Positions 60,679 through 64,000 of a stretch of DNA of 64,000 nucleotides are shown here, piece after piece (the first letter of the stretch is position 1; every line of letters starts with the position of its first letter). This DNA comes from an uncultured Spirochaetota bacterium (GTDB lineage: Bacteria > Spirochaetota > Brevinematia > Brevinematales > JAOACQ01): positions 1,216,001-1,280,000 of the forward strand of contig CAWIGG010000002.1 of assembly GCA_963835575.1 (NCBI GenBank), written 5' to 3'. A program made the position numbers and the translations under genes. Under the pieces are notes generated by a model. The model worked only from the letters and a program-made list of their open reading frames with translations, was not told the DNA's origin and made no database searches.

Positions 60679-60966
60679 ATGATTATTAACGGTTTAAGCC
60701 CGGGTGTGACAATCCCCGAACCTATCACGGCAAATCTTGAAAAAGACAAGCTTGAGCAGGATATCCGCGCAGAAAAGCAGGCTCTCCAAAGCCAGTCCCA
60801 GGAAGAAACAAAAAAGGAAAAGAAATCCCCTGATTTTGAGATGAATGAATACTATTTGAAAGAATTGCTTTTTCTCATGAGTTCAAGGGGAAACGCCGCG
60901 ACTATTGAAAAACTTGCTCAACTGCTTAGAAAAGAAAGGGAAACTTTATCAACTAAAGTGAAGTAA
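60679..60966 (+). CDS. Hypothetical protein
   Basis: Strong AGGAGG RBS; 95 aa, charged and helical. Confidence 0.7.
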   Translation: MIINGLSPGVTIPEPITANLEKDKLEQDIRAEKQALQSQSQEETKKEKKSPDFEMNEYYLKELLFLMSSRGNAATIEKLAQLLRKERETLSTKVK

Positions 60967-61198
60967 TGGGGATACAGACAACAAGAATTCTGTATCATTA
61001 GTTATTTGACATTGAAATTATATTAAAATTTATACCTGCTGCTATTCTAAATGCTTAACAAGGCATATTCTCTTTTATCCTTTTATTTCTTTCCGGTATA
61101 TAATTCCTTCTTCATTTGAAAAAAGCGCTGGCTGATGTTAAGATGTTAACCGCTGATTATTGCAAATTACTTTTCAATATTGTTTTTAGGAGAAGGAT

Positions 61199-62506
61199 AT
61201 GCCGATCTGGAATCCGAAAATTGAAACAATGCCGAGAAAAGGCTTAAAAGAACTCCAATTGATAAAGTTAAAAAAACTCGTTAATTATATTTATGATGAA
61301 GTCCCATTTTATAGGAAAAAACTTCAATTGTCCGGGATCAAACCGGATTCGATAAAAGAATTAAATGATATAAAGCTCCTCCCTTTCACTTCAAAGGGTG
61401 ATCTCCGTGAAAATTATCCCTTCAGTCTTTTTGCCAGGCCCCTCCGGGATGTTGTCAGAATTCACGCTTCAAGCGGCACAACCGGAAAGCCGACAGTAGT
61501 CGGTTATACTAAAAATGACCTGGAGCTCTGGAGCGAACTTATCGCGAGGATCGCTTCCGCAGGCGGCGTCACACAGGACGATGTCGCCCAGGTCGCTTTC
61601 GGTTACGGCCTCTTTACAGGCGGTTTCGGCCTTCATTACGGCCTTGAAAAAATCGGGGCGACTGTCATACCCGCCTCAAGCGGAAATACGGAGCGGCAGG
61701 TCCAGCTGATGAGGGATTTCGGCACAACCGTCCTTATCTGCACGCCTTCCTATGCCCTGCATATTGCCGATGTGGTAAAAGATATGGGCATTGATCCGCA
61801 AAAAGACCTCAAGTTGAAATACGGGCTTTTCGGCGCCGAACCCTGGAGCGAATCGATCCGCAAAGAAATTGAGAAGGGATTGAATATCATAGCTACTGAT
61901 AATTACGGCCTGTCGGAGCTGATAGGCCCCGGTGTTTCAGGCGAATGCCTTGAAAAGAACGGAATGCATATCAACGAAGATTCATTTTTTGTGGAAGTCA
62001 TCAATCCCGTTACGGGCGAATGGACAAACGAAGGCGAAAAAGGCGAACTGGTTATAACCCCCCTGGATAAGGAAGCGCTTCCCCTCCTCCGCTACCGGAC
62101 AAAAGATCTGTCTATTGTCGAAGAGGAACCCTGTAAATGCGGCAGGACATCGGCGCGTATCATGAAGATCATGGGACGGACCGATGATATGCTGATCGTC
62201 CGCGGCGTCAATATCTTCCCTTCCCAAATCGAGGAAGTCCTGCTTGAAGTCGAGGGAATCGCGCCTCACTACCAGATTATAGTCGAAAGGCAGAAGAATA
62301 TCGATACAATTGAAGTGCATGTCGAAGTTACAAACGCCCTCTTCTTCGATGAAATGAAAAAAATCGTCGAGCTGGAAACAAAAATAGTCGACAGGCTCTA
62401 TTCAATCCTGGGAATCAAGGTCAAACTCAAACTTGTCGAACCGAAAAAGATTGAAAGAAGCACCGGTAAGGCCAAAAGGGTTATCGATAAGCGGGATGTT
62501 TATTAA
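61199..62506 (+). CDS. paaK: Phenylacetate-CoA ligase
   Basis: [55 protein letters not shown]. Confidence 0.92.
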   Translation: MPIWNPKIETMPRKGLKELQLIKLKKLVNYIYDEVPFYRKKLQLSGIKPDSIKELNDIKLLPFTSKGDLRENYPFSLFARPLRDVVRIHASSGTTGKPTVVGYTKNDLELWSELIARIASAGGVTQDDVAQVAFGYGLFTGGFGLHYGLEKIGATVIPASSGNTERQVQLMRDFGTTVLICTPSYALHIADVVKDMGIDPQKDLKLKYGLFGAEPWSESIRKEIEKGLNIIATDNYGLSELIGPGVSGECLEKNGMHINEDSFFVEVINPVTGEWTNEGEKGELVITPLDKEALPLLRYRTKDLSIVEEEPCKCGRTSARIMKIMGRTDDMLIVRGVNIFPSQIEEVLLEVEGIAPHYQIIVERQKNIDTIEVHVEVTNALFFDEMKKIVELETKIVDRLYSILGIKVKLKLVEPKKIERSTGKAKRVIDKRDVY

Positions 62507-62507
62507 T

Positions 62508-63875
62508 ATGGAAAGTGTTTTTAAAATCTTTGAAAACAATGCGCTTCTTCCTATAATTATCATTATTATTCTAATTTTCCTGATAGTGATAGGAATACTG
62601 CTGAGCATTAAATTTATGAAGAGGGAGTTATTCCTTGCCAATGTGGAGGATGCTTTAAAATCTAAAAATTATAAAAAGGCCGTCCGTAACGCTCTGCTTT
62701 ATTTAAACGATAAGGAAGGCAACCTGCTTCTGTATTATTACTTGGGTAAATCTTATGAGGGCCTGTCTCAATACCGAAACGCCCTGGAAAGCTATGAAAA
62801 AGCTCTGGCCTGCATTCAGAATGATACATTAAAGCAGCTTGAACCGGAAATTCTCCTAAGGCTGGGTTTTTTATATCAGAAGATCAATAAATTTGATGAA
62901 TCGATCGGATATTATAAAACGCTTCTCAAAATAAATCCTAATAACAGCATCGCCCTCTGGAACCTTGCGGAAATGTATTATAACCAGAATAAAATACCTC
63001 CGGCAAAAAATTATGTTGACAAACTGATCTCTGTAAAATCTAACCATGAAAAAGCCTATCTTTTATCAGCAAAAATCTACAACCATCTCGGCCAGTATGA
63101 ACAGTCGATCAAGCACATTGAAAGCTTTTACAAATTAAATGACGAGCAATCATTAATGCTCAATAATGAAACCCTGATCCTGCTAGCGGATAATTATATG
63201 GCATTAAAAAGATATAATGATGTTTTTAATACTTTAAAACCTCTGCTGAACGAAAAGCAAATCAACGGCGTCAATTTCCTTAAAATCATTTTATCGCTTA
63301 TCTACAGCGGCAGTTTTAAAAAGGCTGTTAAATTAATGTCTGATTATTTAATGAAAATTCCAGTTACTGAAAGATGCTCAATTTTATACCAGGCCGGGAA
63401 TGCCTATCTGGCCATGGATGAAATTTATTCGGCTCTGGACAGCTGGAAGTCCTGTTATGATATCAACCCGAAATATCTCGATCTTGCCGTACTTTTAAAG
63501 AAATATGACGCTCTCAGGAAGAATCCATGGCTTGAAAATATTTTTTCCTCAAAAGATGAAGTGTTTGAAGCTTCTGTAATAAAAAAATTCAGAGTCTATT
63601 CATCTGAAAGCACCCTGGAAAGACAGAAGGATTTTTTTATTTTCAAACAGGAACAAATATGCATAGTAGTATTCAGACATCCCTTTCCTATACCACTTTA
63701 CATATTTAATAATATACAGGATATTTTAAAAAACTTCGGCTATTCAAATCTCTCGGTTGATATTTATACGCTTTTCAGTTTCGATGAGACAAGTATGACA
63801 AGTCCTTTTTATAAAAGGATCAGGGAAATCTCAGGCGATGCTTTCATCTCGAAATTCAAACCGGCTCAAATTTAA
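62508..63875 (+). CDS. Membrane-anchored tetratricopeptide-repeat protein
   Basis: N-terminal TM helix followed by TPRs (YYYLGKSYE...ALESYEKAL; ALWNLAEMYY). Start set just after the paaK stop. Confidence 0.85.
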   Translation: MESVFKIFENNALLPIIIIIILIFLIVIGILLSIKFMKRELFLANVEDALKSKNYKKAVRNALLYLNDKEGNLLLYYYLGKSYEGLSQYRNALESYEKALACIQNDTLKQLEPEILLRLGFLYQKINKFDESIGYYKTLLKINPNNSIALWNLAEMYYNQNKIPPAKNYVDKLISVKSNHEKAYLLSAKIYNHLGQYEQSIKHIESFYKLNDEQSLMLNNETLILLADNYMALKRYNDVFNTLKPLLNEKQINGVNFLKIILSLIYSGSFKKAVKLMSDYLMKIPVTERCSILYQAGNAYLAMDEIYSALDSWKSCYDINPKYLDLAVLLKKYDALRKNPWLENIFSSKDEVFEASVIKKFRVYSSESTLERQKDFFIFKQEQICIVVFRHPFPIPLYIFNNIQDILKNFGYSNLSVDIYTLFSFDETSMTSPFYKRIREISGDAFISKFKPAQI

Positions 63876-63884
63876 AAATCATAT

Positions 63885-64000
63885 CTAATAAAAATCAATG
63901 GTTAACCCGTCATAGGCAAAGAATGTGTTCGCTGGCAGGATTTTGCTGTCCCTTTCATGAAGGAAATGATGCGTTAAATGGATAAAATATGTCTTTTCAG
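63885..64000 (-). CDS. 3' end of a PhnP-like metallo-beta-lactamase-fold hydrolase (partial)
   Basis: Not in the ORF track. My translation is EKTYFIHLTHHFLHERDSKILPANTFFAYDGLTIDFY*; H-x-x-H and AYDGL are typical of this C-terminus. Confidence 0.75.
   Translation of the reverse strand, partial: EKTYFIHLTHHFLHERDSKILPANTFFAYDGLTIDFY

Overview
Bacterial chromosomal window; gene content suggests a spirochaete (low-to-moderate confidence). Core genes include uvrB, xerD, ileS, ttcA, mazG, paaK, cvfB, tRNA-Glu, MATE, nitroreductase, RidA, an aldehyde dehydrogenase and an acyl-CoA dehydratase activase. Three features stand out. (1) Heavy recent IS load: seven full-length elements (IS256 x2, IS4, IS1182 x2, IS481, IS66; about 10.3 kb) with readable ends and target duplications, plus a 204-bp MITE and an IS91-like remnant. 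Four genes are split by insertions and can be rebuilt in frame. (2) An ~11.5-kb minus-strand cluster of Ser-linker lipoproteins (GH43-CBM6, frameshifted GH28, CE4 deacetylase and three paralogues of an unrecognised domain) next to a LacI-sensor/PAS/LuxR regulator. (3) A ~5-kb island between the convergent xerD and Crp-like genes. It holds an integrase-less, integron-like array (candidate promoter, attI-like site, two AT-rich cassettes, one long attC-like site) wrapped in two nested pairs of box-structured inverted repeats. All calls are from reading the sequence; no searches were run.
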